From: Octopus sinensis
Lineage: Eukaryota
Assembly: GCF_006345805.1 (NCBI RefSeq)
Contig: NC_043006.1
Coordinates: forward strand, 58,528,001 to 58,592,000
DNA length: 64,000 nt
Direction of reading: 5' to 3'
Of the stretch, positions 23,661-38,125 are shown piece by piece. The notes beneath the pieces were generated by a model, which saw only the letters and a list, made by a program, of their open reading frames with translations, had not been told where the DNA came from and made no database searches. The number at the start of each line of letters is the position of its first letter. Positions within the stretch are counted from its first letter, which is position 1. The translations under genes were made by a program, and so were the position numbers.

Positions 23661-23809
23661 TGTGTGTGTATATATGTGTATATATATATGTATGTATATG
23701 TATGTATATACATACACACACAATATATATATATATATATCCATACATACATATGTATACATATATATATGCATAAATACATGTATGTATGGATGGATGG
23801 ATGGATGTA

Positions 23810-24057
23810 TGTAGACACAGTTGCCTCCCCTGACGGCGGTTGCCTAATTAGCTGGCCAATAGAGGGCACACGCAACATTAAGGTTCAGACACTCACCTCT
23901 TCCTCTTTTGGCATTTGGACGTCGGACAGCAAGTACATAGTCTAGTTGGCTCTCTTACGACACGTGGCGACTAGCAGACAGGAGGTAACGCACAGATCAT
24001 GGCCTCCAAGCATCAAACTCCTTTCGTTTATCATTCAACTTGTGTGTGTGTGTGTGT

Positions 24058-24104
<47 letters not shown>

Positions 24105-24182
24105 CCGACATTAATAGTATTTAAAGTTACAGTCTTGTTCTATGTATTTCTTTGTACCGTGTTCCTATCAAATGATATTACA
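23810..24182 (+). mobile_element. Possible 5' LTR of the downstream Gypsy element
   Basis: TG...ATATTACA segment upstream of a PBS-like motif. No matching 3' LTR in the window and the PBS is about 60 nt away. Confidence 0.25.
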
Positions 24183-24244
24183 GCCTTCTGAAGGAGTTAA
24201 CCTTTAGATGACTCCACAACCTTTATTCAAACAGCCATCTAAAA

Positions 24245-27200
24245 TGGTGACCCGACGCAGCACAGACCACAATTCCTTCTAAAATGGTGAACCCCAGACG
24301 AATTTCTGAGCAGTGGATATGTATTTTTTCTCCTTCTCGACTTCGTCTACGCGACCAGACCGCCATTCATTGTATAGGAACATACCACTGATCTCTCTCG
24401 TCGCCATATTGCCTTCTTCACCAGAAAAAATTGGCGCCATTTTCAAGCGGGAAACTGCACATCATTTTTTCCTCGTGTTGTAACTGAATTTACAATTTCG
24501 ACCTTCGAAGACACAGCTTCCTAGGGGAATCTTCATTTGGCATGGAAAGAAAAAAAAAGAAGAGAAAATTATCCGGACTTTTCTCCAGAATTCACATGGG
24601 CAACAATTGTTCCTATGTGCTAAGTATGAGTTTCTCTCTCTCTCAACCCTACCCACGTGTTGGCCATATTTTGTTCATCCGTTGGCAAGGACTTCAATTT
24701 CATCCTCTGCTACTGAAAGAAGAAAATTCCTAGTTCGCTGCTCGTCGTGTCTTCTTTCAACTAGGGTGTTTCGATTGCTATTTCTAACGGCGTTTCTTTC
24801 AACCATCTTGTTCTTTGTGGTGTTCCGTTTACTATTAACGTCTAAAGATAAGTATTCTTCCCTTGCCTCAATTCGCTTCTTCGTCCACCTCTTCTGCTCC
24901 GGACGACACACAATCCTCCGAAATCTTGCGGGCCATTGCAGAACTGACCCGTTAGGTTTCACACACGCGCACTTCCTGCGCCCTCAATTTGCTGGTACCA
25001 TAGGAAATTCAAAGACCGGGCCGAAAAGTGTACACAGCCCTGCTCTAACTCTTCTCAGGAAACTAGGCAGGGAGGTGCTGGGCACGTCAGTTGTCTCCCC
25101 CATTGATTCACCTTACCGTGCATTTTTTTTATCCGAGATGCTATTTCTTCAAAGTCCTTTATGATGGACATGGGTTCCAGTGTAAGCATTTAACCCCGAA
25201 GGTTTACTTCCACCACTCCTGGTCTTTCCGACGTCTCTCTCTCTCACTCACTCTCTCTCTCTCACTCTCTCTCTCACTCACTCACTCTCTCTCTCTCTCT
25301 CTCTCCCTCTCTCTCTCTCTCTCTGCGGTGAATCATTCCGCCATCAAAACCTACGGACAAATCTCCCTTACTCGGGATTTATTAATCCGTAGGGATTTCA
25401 AGCGAATTTTCTTCATTGCGGACCTGCCCTATCTCATCCTTGGTGCTGATTTCTTACATCACTATTCTCCCCTTGTGGACGTTAGAGGACGCCGATTCAT
25501 TGATGACACCACTTCACTTGCTGTCTCCAGAAAGGATTCTTCTGTTCCTGTTGTGAGCTCTTCTTTTTTCGTTGGTGCTTCAGGTGACTCCTACCACCAG
25601 TTACTTGCTTCATTTCCAGAGTTGACTGATTTGTCATTTCATCCGTCGAATCCAGCCCATTCCACGAGACATTTCATCACGACTTAGGAACCTCCAGTTT
25701 TTTTTCCCCGACCGTGCCGTTTGTCTCCAGAGAAACTCCGGATCGCCTGGGCTGCATTCGAGCACATGCTCCAGCTGGGCCCTATTCGTCCCTCCACGAG
25801 CCCGTGGGCAGCACCTTTACACATGGCCATGAAGAATGAAGCTGATTTTCGCCCGGTTGGAGATTTTAGATGTCTTAACACTGTCGTTATTGCGGATCGC
25901 TATCCCATACCACATGTGCAGGATTTTTCGCCTGCCCTGCACAGTTGCAAAATTTTATCTATAATCGACTTGGTATGCGCATAACACCAAATCCCTGTCA
26001 ACCCCGGCGACATTCCAAAGAGAGCTGTCACCACACCTTTTTGAGCGTTTAAATTTTTGTCTATGCCGTTTGGTCTTTGCAATGCGTCCAGCACGTTCCA
26101 ATGATTCGTTGATAAGGTCGTTCATGGGTTAGATTTTGTCTTCACATACGTCAATGACCTTCAAATCGCCAGTGGTACTCCAGACCATCACCTCCAATAC
26201 TTAGCCCAACTGTTCAAGCGCCTACGTTCCTATGATGTGAAGATCAATCCAGTTAAGTGTGTATTCGTTTGGAATTCTTGAGGTATCTCACTGACGCCAA
26301 TGGTTTTCGTCTGCTTCCCTCTAAGGTGCAAACTATCAAACGCTTGTCTCCTCCTGTTTCCTTAAAACAGCTCAGAAATTTTATTCGTTTAATTAATTAT
26401 TATCGTTGTTTCATTCCTAACTGTGTGAAGAAGTTGCTTCCCTTGATCCAGCTCTTGAGAGATCAACGGAAAAAGACTCCCTGATAACGCTGTCTCCTAC
26501 AGCCATCCAAGCTTTTGAATCTGTCAAAGCTGACCTTACACACACATCCTTCCTCGCTCATCCTATTGCAGATGCAAAATTGACACTCATTGTCGACGCG
26601 TCATCATCCGCTATTGCCGCAATTTTAGAGCAATCAGTCAACAGTTGAAGCCAGCCTTCTTTTCCCGCTAGTTGAAAGATGCCGAATTAAGATACAGAGT
26701 GTTTGATAAAGAACTCTTAGCAATTTACCTGGCGGTGAAGCATTTCACTCATCTTCTCGAAGGTAGAGATTTCACAATTTTCACCGATCACAAACCGCTA
26801 ACGTTCGCTCTCTTTGCCATAACGGACTGGTACTCACCTAGAGAAACAAGGCATTTGGACTACATATCACAGTTCACTAGTGACATTCACCACATCACTG
26901 GCACTGACAACATCCCTGCCGACGCCTTATCGCGCCTGCCTATCGGTGCATTGTCGTCTCCTGCTTCGATTGATGTGGTTGCTATGGCTACTGACCAACT
27001 CTCCTTGGACTCTCTGGATGTCTCTTCACAGCTTTCCTGCTGCAGGTTTGAACACCTGCCTCTACATTTTTCTGAAGGGACCATTTTCTGCGTTGTTTCC
27101 ACTGGGTCACCCCGACCCCTCGTTCCTGAACATCACCGCCATGCTGTTTTTGAAGTACTGCATTCACTGTCACACTCCGGCATTGCGGCTACAGTAAAGC

Positions 27201-27995
27201 TTATCTCAGCCCACTTTTTCTGACTGAATATACATCGGTCTATTACTGCTTGGTCATGTACCTGTCTACCATGTCAGAGTCTCAAAGTGCATCATCATGT
27301 GAGAGCACCTCTTGGGCACTTCCAGCCACTGGACACCACGTTCCGTCACATACACATCAACCTGGTTGGTCCTTGGCCAGTCAGTTGCAGATTTATTTAT
27401 ATATTGACCTGCATTGACCACTTTTCAGATCGCCTGAAGCCATCCTCCTCGTGGACATTTCTGCGGAAACAGTCACCAGAACACTCATCTCTGGGTGGAT
27501 ATCTCGCTTCAGAGTACACTCTAGAATTACTACTGGTTGTGGACGCCAATTTGAAGCTTGTCTGTTGCCTGAACTTTCGAGATTGCTTGGAGTTCAGTAC
27601 ATCCACACCACAAGTTACCATTCCACTGTGAATGGCATGGTGGAATGATTCCACTGCCAGTTTAAAGCCACCATTCACACAGCTCCTGATCCTCATCATT
27701 CTCCCCTTTGTTTTGCTGGGGTGCCACTCAGCTGTCAAGGAAGATTTAGGCTACTGCTCCACTAAGCTCCTGTAAGGCACCACCTTAGTACTTCCTGGAC
27801 AAATATTGGTGCCCATCGACTTACCGAATTCGGACTGCGCACATTACGTCACGCGACTCAGGTCATTCTTCGTTGACCTGCTACCAATGCTTCCTTGCGA
27901 CCAGTCTATTTCTTCTACAGTACCGCTAGATATTTCTACTTTGACTCACGTGTTTGTAAGAAATGATGCTGTCAATGGATCACTCATACCTCCCT
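24245..27995 (+). mobile_element. Ty3/Gypsy LTR retrotransposon remnant (PR-RT-RNaseH-IN), degenerate
   Basis: PBS-like TGGTGACCC-GACG at 24245. Pol motifs ILGADFL, SPWAAPLHM, DFRCLN, RYPIPH, MPFGLCNA, YVND, DKELLAIY, FTDHKPL, HIHINLVGP and TTSYHSTVNGMVE, with many stops and frameshifts. Confidence 0.9.
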
Positions 27996-29189
27996 ACACT
28001 GGACCCTATTGCATATACATATATATATCTGTATATAGGTGCATATATGTATATGTGTGTGTATACATATGTATATGTATACATATGTGTTTATGTGTAT
28101 ACCCATGTGCGTGTGTGTGTGTGCATGTGAGTGTAAAGGTATTTGTGAATGTCTATATGAGTATGTAAATGTGTGCAGACTAACAGACAAAAGAATTTTA
28201 GATATATAGAAAGATAGATATAAAGAGGTATACAAGATGCAACAAAGTAAAAACTTTCCAGATGTATTTTCCTTAAACATTTCGACTGTAACAAGGCCTA
28301 GAATTGAAATCTTAAAGCTTTAGTAACCAAGATCAGCCCACATTTAAGTCAAGTGATGTGTCTTGGATATTAACCAATCAACTTGCTAGAAAATCATTCC
28401 ATATAGTAAAATGTTCTATGCGATTCCTGCATTATGGAGCTTATAAAAGCAAAAATACACCAGAATCAGTGCAGAGCTTCGAGAAGATTTCAGAGAAGAC
28501 AGTCAAATACAAGATTCTTGGACCTCGCTCCACCTATGCTTAACAAAATACTTCATCTTCAATGCACTTCTCCAAGCACATACCATGAACACATCATCTC
28601 CATCTCTCACCACGTAAGTAAGTAGCCAGCAACTTCTTAATCATAAGCACATAAGAGCAGCACACTTCAGAAGCACAAGAAACAAGCCCTTTAAAGACAA
28701 ACAAGCTTCCTTAGTTACTGATCAATCCCAAGTTAAAGGATTCTTCAACTAGGATAGACAAAACATTAATCCTGCCTCACACATGTAGCTAATCTCTTTT
28801 GTTAGTAATACAATTACAAACTACATTTACTTTAAGCACACCACTATACACTGCTACCATACCATTATGTAACTATGTAAGTGCTGTGATATACTTCTTT
28901 CAAAATAAATATTATTTCAAAAATGTTCAGATTTCGTGTTATTATGGGACATGCAGCTAAACTTTATTCCAATCAATAAATACCCATTTATCCAGACAGA
29001 TACAGAAATCAAAGCAGATGTGCACCAGACCAAGTTGTAATGGTAACTGTAAAAATATTAAAACAAGATGACACCATTATCACCTCCAAGACTTCATTAG
29101 CACTACACCAGTGAGAGCTTTTTTTTTTTGTACCCTGTATACAAAGAAAGATAGATAAATTTATAAATATATAGTTGCACAGGCACATA

Positions 29190-29632
29190 CTCTTTTACTT
29201 GTTTCAATCATTTGACTGTGGCCATGCGGGAGCACCACCTTTAGTCAAACAAATTGACCCTAGGACTTATTCTTTGTAAGCTTAGTACTTATTCTATCGG
29301 TCTTTTTTGCCAAACCGCTAAGTTACGGGGACGTAAACACACCACCATCAGTTGTCAAGTGATGTTGTGGGGGGGACACAGACACAAACACATACCCATA
29401 TATATGCTAGCATGGAAAACGGACGCTAAATGATGATGATGATGATATATATATACATATACATATATACAATGGGCTTCTTTCAGTTTCCATCTACCAA
29501 ATCCACTCACAAGGCTTTGGTCGGCCTGAAGCTATTGTAAAAGACACTTGCCCAAGGTGCCATGCAGTGGGACTGAACCCAGAACCATGTGGTTGGTAAG
29601 CAAACTACCTACCACACAGTCACTCCTGCACC
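29190..29632 (-). mobile_element. SINE family A, full length, with an RTE-tail fragment in its microsatellite
   Basis: Matches the family consensus; nested CATGGAAAACGGACGCTAAATGATGAT. Confidence 0.85.
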
Positions 29633-30799
29633 TTATATATACATTTATATATATATTTATTTATACATATATATATCTATGCATGTGAAGGTATGTCTAT
29701 GTATGTATGTGTGTGTATGTATGTATCTATGTTCTTTTATGTTTCTGACTATTTAATCTCTTCCTTTGAAGAAGGAGCTGGTTTTTAACAAAGATACAAA
29801 GGTCCATTGTTGGAATGTAGATAACAAAAACAATATCATATTTTAAACCTGAGAAAAGTCTTGCACAGTTTTACTGTTCCACTTAAAGATTGTTGATTTC
29901 TTTTTCTGAAAATCCAAGATTATCCAAACTGGAAGTTGTGTGTGTGTGTATGTACATATGTCTGTATGTATGTATGTATGTAAGTATGTATGTATGTAAG
30001 TATGCAAGTACAGTATATTTAAGAGCTTTTCTTCCTGTTTGTTTAATTCAAGTAGACATAAAGTCATAACACTGACTACCTGTGAAAGTAGATTGTTCTA
30101 AAAAAATTAGGATATATTGCAATAGAAAATAGAAGTGACAACAATAATATATAAAGAGACTGTGATATGTCAGGTAAAAAATGCATGTGACAACCAACAA
30201 TATGATAATATACAACACTGTATAAACACGATTTTTGTCCTTGAGTAGCAACTGTTATTTCCTATTTGCTTACCCTTAAAAAGTATGAAAAATGGCTAAT
30301 ATTTCCTCCAAATTTTTCTTTTGTTATATTTATTCAAACCCCAAAGAATCCCACTCAATACATAGCTATGCTGCTCTTCTACTACTCCTGCTCATGGTCA
30401 GAGATGCACATATTGTCAGCTACTAAGGAACTTGTTGAAGTGGTTACAGTCAAGCAACAGAGAAGCAAATCTGTGGTATTGAGCAGAATATTTGTTATAA
30501 TGATATTTCTGCTTCAGAAACTTAGTGCTGAATCTGTCTGAAATGTAATAGAAAATAAGTAGTCATTTCCTTTGATTTCTAGATAGAAGCAAATAAGAAA
30601 TAACACTTACTGACCAAAGGCAAAAAAAATTTTTATTTTGCTACATGGTGTAATATAACCACATATATTTATATAACATGAAAACAATTGCATTTACTAA
30701 AAAATATCAGTCGTCAATGCATGAAATCAGATTCAGTAATAGTTTTTCACGATCTCCAAATTTCATTTGTCTCACATATTCATGAAGTTATGATGTATA

Positions 30800-30946
30800 G
30801 GCATAGAAGTGGCTGTGTGGTAAGTAGCTTGCTTACCAGACACATGGTTCTGGGTTCAGTCCCACTGCGTGGACCTTGGACAACTGTCTTCTACTATAGC
30901 CTCAGGCTGACCAAAGCCTTGTGAGTAGATTTGGTAGAGGGAAACC
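30800..30946 (+). mobile_element. SINE family A, 5' half
   Basis: Head and core match. Confidence 0.75.
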
Positions 30947-30980
30947 TGAGTAGAACTTTTACTTTTCATCTTGAATGCAC

Positions 30981-31547
30981 TTACTTGGTGCCAATCGCAC
31001 CCAACTTACTTTCCACAGGTTTCCATCTTTTAACAAATATATCCCGTGACAGACACTTCTTCTCCAGCCTGATCTTACTATTGAGGTGGTAACTAAAGAA
31101 GTTGACCAACCCCTGGCCAGAGACAAAGGTACCTGTCACTATGCCTTTCACACGCGTCTTCCATACTGTTTCTTTCAGTATGGCTACTATGCAGAAAAAA
31201 CAGGCCTTCCTTTCTTTGCTAAGAGAAGGAGGTGGCACGATCTTGATGAAAGACTCAGTCGATAACTGTACTCTTCCCATCACTGACATCAGTTGTTCGA
31301 TGAAAGCTATCAGTCCCGATAATTCCGGACACTCCATGAATGCGTGCAAAACGGTTTCCCTATCCAACCCACATCTCGGGCATGTCAGCGAGATGGCACT
31401 TTCGTACCTTGAAAGCTTGTCATGAACCAGTAATGCCGCATGGAAGCACTGCCTAGCCAGGGATTTCTGGTAATTATCCAGATACCCCGGCCCAAACATT
31501 CTCCTGAACAGGTTGATTAACTGATTTTCATCATAGCTACTTACCAC
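30981..31547 (-). mobile_element. L1/Tx1-clade LINE 3' fragment (zf-RVT)
   Basis: CPRCGLDRETVLHAFMECP zinc-binding motif and a C-terminal FVKRW end. Confidence 0.85.
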
Positions 31548-31804
31548 TCAGCCACTCATATATAGACAGCCACTCATATATAGACACACACTCAACAAGC
31601 TTCCATATACCAAATCCACTCATAAGCCATTGGTCTGCCTGGAACTATAATAAAAGACACTTACCCAAGATATTATGTAGTAGGGTCAATTTACATATAA
31701 ATCATTTCTGATGTCATTAACTGCTACTTATGTGGCTAAATGACTAACTGTTATTAGGGCAGTAGTGGTAAGCAGTCACTAGAATCTCTTGGATGCAAGG
31801 TAAA

Positions 31805-32120
31805 AAAACCATAAACGTCGCCCTTTCCAAGCCTAGCCAGGCTCATGGGCCTGGTTTCCTAGTTTCTGTGGCGTATGTGTTCCCCCCAGCTGGACAGGAT
31901 GCCAATCCATCGCAGCATTACTCAAGAAACAAGAAGAGAGAGTGAGAGAAAGTTGTGGCGAAAGAGTAAAACAGGGGTTGCCCCCACCCCCTGTCAGAGC
32001 ATTGTGGAGCTTTTTAGGTGTTTACGCTCAAAAACACACACAACGCCTGGTCTGGAATCCAAACCACAATCCTCCGACCACAAGTCCACTGCCCTAACCA
32101 CTGGGCCATTGCACCTCCAC
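31805..32120 (-). mobile_element. SINE family D
   Basis: Reverse complement of the 16188 head and body. Confidence 0.75.
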
Positions 32121-32654
32121 CCTGCAAGGTAACTTCTGGTAAAATATTTCCTACTTCCTATTGGTGAGGTATATTTTAAAGTCCTTTTTCACAGAGACAA
32201 AAGTCATCACACTGACTACTTGTTGAGCTATTGTGCACTCTCAGGGAATAATATAATTTGTTTCAATGAAATTAAAATTGTACTTTCGATATCCAGCTGC
32301 CTCTATCAATCTACTTCTTCATAAATGTGTGTACATGGGTGTATATATGCATGTGAACATGTATGTATATACATATGTGTGTACACATGTATATACATAT
32401 GTGTGTGTGTCCGTATATGTGTTACCAATAAAATATAAGAACTAGTTGTATATTGCTTCAGTATCAATCAATTAGATAATTAGTTCATGAAGAAATTTAC
32501 TCATTGGTTTGTAAAACTTCTTCCATTAAAACTGGTAATCTTATCGATGATGATATATGCACCTCTTTTGTGCTAACACTCGCTTCTTGCTCCCTGTTGG
32601 TATCTCAGGTTCTGATGGAGTATTTTGTTCATTTTGTTATCAATATTTACATAC

Positions 32655-33468
32655 ATTCAGGTGGCAAGCTAGTAGAATCCTTAGCACACCCGTCCAAATC
32701 CTGAGTTCAAATTCCACTGAGATCAATTTTGCCTTTCATCCTCTTGGGGGTCAATAAAATAAGTACCATTTGAGTATTGGGGTCGCTGTAATAAACTTAG
32801 CCCCACCCTTGAATTCACTAGTGTTGTGCCAAAATTTAAAACCAGTATTTACGTACATCATCAAGCTGGCAAGCTAGCAAAATCATCAGCATGCAAGGGT
32901 GGCAAGCTGGCAGAAATGTTAGCATGCCGGGCAAAATGCTTAGCGGTATTTCATCTGCCGTTACATTCAGAGTTCAAATTCCGCTGAGGTTGACTTTGCC
33001 TTTCATCCAATTCGGGTCAATTAAATAAGTACCAGTTATGCACTGAGGTCGATATAATCGACTTAATCCATTTGTCTGTCCTTGTTTGTCCTCTCTGTAT
33101 TTAGCCCCTTGTGGGCAATAAAGAAATAGGTATTTCGTCTGCCGTTTCATTCTGAGTTCAAATTCCGCTGAGGTCGTCTTTGCCTTTCATCCAATTGGGG
33201 TCGATAAATAAAGTACCAGTTATGTACTGGAGTCGATGTAATTGACTTAATCCCTTTGTCTGTCCTTGTTTGTCCCCTCTATGTTTAGCCCCTTGTGGGC
33301 AATAAAGAAATAAGAATCATCAGCATGCTAAGCAAAATACTTAGTGGCATTTGGTTTGCCTTTACATTCTGAATTCAAATTCTACCAAGGTTGATTTTGC
33401 CTTTCATTCTTTTGGGGTTGATAAATTAAGTACCAGTTGAAAATGGGGGTCACTGTAATCGACTGAGT
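32655..33468 (+). mobile_element. SINE family B cluster / tandem array
   Basis: Four core units; 184-bp period at 32945/33129. Confidence 0.85.
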
Positions 33469-33499
33469 CCTTTCCTCACCTGGACAGGACATCGGTCCG

Positions 33500-33708
33500 T
33501 CACAGGCAAGCTGCAAGATGCAGGGGGAAAGAGTGAGAGAAAGTTGTGGCGAAAAAGTCAGCAGAAGTTCGCCATTACCTTCTGCTGGAGCCGCATGGAG
33601 CTTAGGTGCTTTGCTCATAAACACACACATCGCCCGGTCTGAGATTCGAAACCGCAATCCCTCGACCGCGAGTCTGCTGCTCTAACCACTAGGCCATGTG
33701 CCTCCACA
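33500..33708 (-). mobile_element. SINE family D
   Basis: Reverse complement of the 16188 head and body. Confidence 0.75.
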
Positions 33709-34611
33709 AGCTGTGCTGGTGGTAAGTAAAAAGCACCTTTCAAGCATTGAGCCTCATGGAGGTAATGACGAATGACTGAGACTTTTGACGAATGACTGAG
33801 ACCTTATGAGCAAGGCATGGCTCGAGAAGGAACAAACAACCAGCACAGGTGCCAGTTATGTGACACCAACAATGGCTCCAGCTATGATTTCACTTGGTGT
33901 GACAGGCCTTCTCAAGCATGGCAAGTCGCCAAAGATCTTGGTCACTATCTAAGACTTAATCAAGGGCAGGTGGGTGTTACGGCTGTATTCTTTTGTATAT
34001 AGCAGTGAATGCCTTTTTATACGTGCATACAACTTCTGTGTTTCGTTGCACTTAAGACTTTACATTTCATTACACTTAAATATATATCTTTGTATATACA
34101 CATGAATGTAAGCATGTGACTTCTTTCATCTCCAATCTTCCATGAAATTATCTCCAGCCATGGAGAAATATTACTTTATTCTGAAAGAAGCGGAAGTTGG
34201 TGACAAGAAAGGTGTGTGCCTGTAGAAAACCTATCACCACAAGTCCCATTTATCTCATACAAACATGAAAAAGTTGACATTAAAATGACGACGACGATGA
34301 TAATGACGATGATATATGTATGTATATGTATGTGTGTGTGTTGTAGTTGCTATTTTCTGTTCTTTCAAGAGGTTTAGGGTTTGGCATTTGATCCATTAAT
34401 GTGTGTTGACTTTTAGTGACAGGTGGCTTCTCGTAAATACTTATGCATACTTATCTCCATACACACACACACATGCACACATATACACATGCACACACAC
34501 AAATAAATACACTCAAACCCCACACCTATATGTAGGTATGTTTGTGTGCACATATATATGTAAGGATATGTATGTCAGTATGCACTAAGTAAGGATATGT
34601 ATGTCTGTATG

Positions 34612-34923
34612 CGCTAAGTTACTGGGGTGTAAACACACCAGCATCGGTTGTCAAGCGATGTTGGGGGGACAAACACAGACACCCAATCATATACACACAC
34701 ATACATACATATATATATACATACATATATATATATATATTATATATATATATATATATACATACGACGGGCTTCTTTCAGTTTCCGTCTACCAAATTCC
34801 TCACAAGGCTTTGGTTAGCCCAAGGCTATAGTAGATAACACTTGCCCAACGTGCCACGCAGTGGGACTGAACCCGGAACCATGTAGTTCATAAGCAAGCT
34901 ACTTACCACACATCCACTCCTAC
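34612..34923 (-). mobile_element. SINE family A
   Basis: Head, core and part of the tail. Confidence 0.8.
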
Positions 34924-35579
34924 ATTAATATATATATGTACATACATACATACATACATACATACATGCATACATGCATACATACATACATACATACACT
35001 CACATATAAAGCTTTTTGCCCTATGTGGGATTTGTCAATGTGGTGCACCCATTCATAAGATGAAATTCATTCTACAATAAATAAGAAACAATGAATAAAT
35101 ATCCACTAGTTTCACAGAAAGCTTTCTGGACTGCAAAAGACTTAGTGAATGCTTTGCAATAGTGTATATACATTTAGTATGATACTCAGATGGTTATTTT
35201 AATGCTGTTTCAATTGCATTCACCAAGCTTTTTACAATCTTGGCAAGGTTTCCGCAATACCAGTGAATTTATTTATTATTCACTGTTTCCATCTTTTATT
35301 AATATTCGATGTCTTCATTGCAATTTTGTTCAAATTTTTCTGCTACAAAAGGAATGCTTATATGTATCTCTGGATCAATGTAGCATTAAAGTTGTTTTAA
35401 ATAGCCATCATTCTTCTACTATCTTTGCTTTTCCATGCTTTTCCTCAATGTTCTATTTTGGGTCCAATATCATCCTAAGTTTCAGATAGTATGTTCAACC
35501 TTATCAATTTTGTATTCTTGCAAGTATAAGTAGTTTGGCTTATTTGATTAGGTGGGAATGAGTTATTCCCTTGAGTTTC

Positions 35580-36420
35580 ACAAGGCCTGAAATTCGGGGT
35601 GGGAGAGGGGACTAGTTAATTACATTGACTCCAGTGCTCAACTGATACTTAGTTTATCAACCCTGAAAATACGAAAGGTAAACTTGACCTTGGCAGAATT
35701 TGAACTTGGGGTGTAAAAGAGCTGAAAGGAATGCCGTTAAGCATTTCATCTAGTGCACTAATGATTCCGCCATCTTGCCACCAATTATTATAGCAAATAA
35801 TATGAACATAGCATATTTTTTTTTTATCTTCCTACAAGGCTCAAGCCCTAAAATTTGGGCTGAGGGAGCTAGTTGGTTCCATCAGCCCCAGTGCACAACC
35901 GATACTTGGTTTATCAACTCCCAAAGGTTGAAAGACAATGTTGACCTCTGTGGGGTTTGAACTCAGAATGTAAAGGACTAAAAGAAATACTGCTATAAAC
36001 TGGTGAGCTGGCAGAAACGTAAGCATGCCGGGCAAAATGCTTAGTGGTATTTCGTCTGTCTTTACGTTTTGAGTTCAAATTCCGCCGAGGTCAGAATTTG
36101 CCTTTCATCCTTTCGGGGTCGATAAATTAAGTACCAGTTATGCACTGGGGTCGATATAATCGACTTAATCCATTTGTCTGTCCTTGTTTGTCCTCTCTGT
36201 GTTTAGCCCCTTGTGGGTAGTAAAGAAATAGGTATTTCGTCTGTCTTTACGTTCTGAGTTCAAATTCCGCCGAGGTCAGAATTTGCCTTTCATCCTTTCG
36301 GGGTCGATAAATTAAGTACCAGTTACGCATTGGGATTGGTGTAATTGACTTAATCCCTTTGTCTGTCCTCGTTTGTCCTCTCTATGTTTAGCCCCTTGTG
36401 GGCAATAAAGAAATAAGAAA
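35580..36420. mobile_element. SINE family B cluster (two minus-strand copies, then a plus-strand tandem copy)
   Basis: Core motif in both orientations; 185-bp period at 36046/36231. Confidence 0.8.
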
Positions 36421-37287
36421 TACTGCTAAGCATTTTGTTCAACATGTTATCAATTCTGCCAGCCTACCACCTTCACATATACACCTCATTAATGTAATTT
36501 CCTCAGTTTTCTAACCTATTGTTTATTCAATTTTATTGCAAGGTCTGTTCATTTTATTAACCATGATGCTGTCCCAGTTAGTACTTCATTCTGTTTTATG
36601 TTAGAGGTCAGGTCTCATAGGGCTGGTTTCCCACCTTCATGTAATAAAGACACAAAAGATAAGTTATTCATGTATTCATATTACATCACCACATTATCTA
36701 AATGAAATAATTAATCTACATGGAATCATTACAATTACATTGTTTCTTATTTACATAATTACAATTCTACAAATCACTTGTTTACGTGCAAGCCAACAAA
36801 GGAGCTTCTATGAGGTCACTTGACCTACTAGAAATAGCAGTCAAGTCTCACACAAATTATATCATCTCATAATGAAAAAAAAACAGACACATTAGATAAT
36901 GCAATCCCAATTACACATTATCAAGAAAAGAGACACAATGATCATAGCTGAATCATCTTTCATCACAAGTCAACTCAACCTAGCTTGTTTCCTTGTGTTT
37001 TTACTATTTATCAACAAATACAGTGACATGATTGCAAGAGAGGGGGAAAGACAGAGAGACTAACATTCTCTCCCAACAAAAGAAGGTGATTCCCAGTTAG
37101 GTTTCTCAAGGGATCAGTGTCCAATAACATCAACACTTGACTCACTTCGACTCCAGTTCAGTCCCACTCTGTGATACGTAGAGTAAGTTTCTACTATAGC
37201 TTCATGTCAAACAAAGCCTGGTGACTGGATTTCATTGAAGGATGACCATTGTGTGTATGTATGTGTGTGTGTGTGTGTGTATGTGTG

Positions 37288-37346
<59 letters not shown>

Positions 37347-37359
37347 ATGTGTGTGCGTG

Positions 37360-37575
37360 TCATCATCATCATCATCATTTAATTTTCGCTTTCCATGCTA
37401 GCATGAGTTGGACGATTTTGACTGAGGGCTGGCGAACCAGATGGTTGCACCAGGCTCCAATCTTGATCTGGCAGAGTTTCTACAGCTGGATGCCCTTCCT
37501 AACGCCAACCACTCCGAGAGTGTAGTGGGTGCTTTTTATGTGCCACCGGCACAGGGGCCAGTCACACAGTCCTAG
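37360..37575 (-). mobile_element. RTE-tail SINE family E ((GAT)n tail)
   Basis: GGCGTTAGGAAGGGCATCCAGC...CATGCTAGCATGGAAAGC...(GAT)n on the minus strand. Confidence 0.8.
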
Positions 37576-37601
37576 CAATGACCTCGCTCGAATCTTTTGT
37601 G

Positions 37602-37713
<112 letters not shown>

Positions 37714-37948
37714 ATATATATATACTACTAATATAGGATGAAGTTTTTTTCTACAGAAAAAAAATTCCATCAAAAAATGTGGCAGCATATTAAAATACCT
37801 TTACTGTTAAAATTATAAACAACTTATAAGTAAGGGCTAAAGAAAATTATTTCAATCCAATATGCTGATAACAGACTATTAAATTGTCAATTTCCACATA
37901 TAATTTACTCGCTACAGTAAAAACCGAAGAACTGAAATCGGGCACACA

Positions 37949-38125
37949 CAGGGACAGATCCAAGGGAGGGCCTTAGAGACACGTGCCCCTTCTGTTGTGT
38001 CAGGAGAGAGTCATTCTGTTTTAATGCCTTATTAATTAACACACTCACCAATTCAATTTCCACTCATTTACTTTTTTTTTCCCAAAATTTTCATTGCTTC
38101 TTGCAACCTCTTCAGTAGTTGTTGA
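37949..38125. mobile_element. Left end of a probable PIF/Harbinger-like MITE
   Basis: CAGGGACAGATCCAAGGGAGGG...CACGTGCCCC resembles AGGGGCGGATCC-type TIRs. No right TIR found. Confidence 0.3.

Noticed and set aside
24607-25164. 185-aa ORF (and the antisense 95-aa ORF) upstream of Gypsy pol
   Set aside because: No recognisable gag or other motif; I cannot assign a product.
33121-33136. Recursive-splicing site AG|GTATTT at SINE-B unit junctions in the intron
   Set aside because: The upstream sequence is purine-rich with no polypyrimidine tract.
38081-38121. Minus-strand CTGAAGA-GGTTGC..GCAAT-GAAA-ATTTT hammerhead look-alike
   Set aside because: Stem I is only about 3 bp with a wobble, and it lies within what appears to be a DNA-transposon MITE, so it is probably coincidental. 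A family consensus would settle it.
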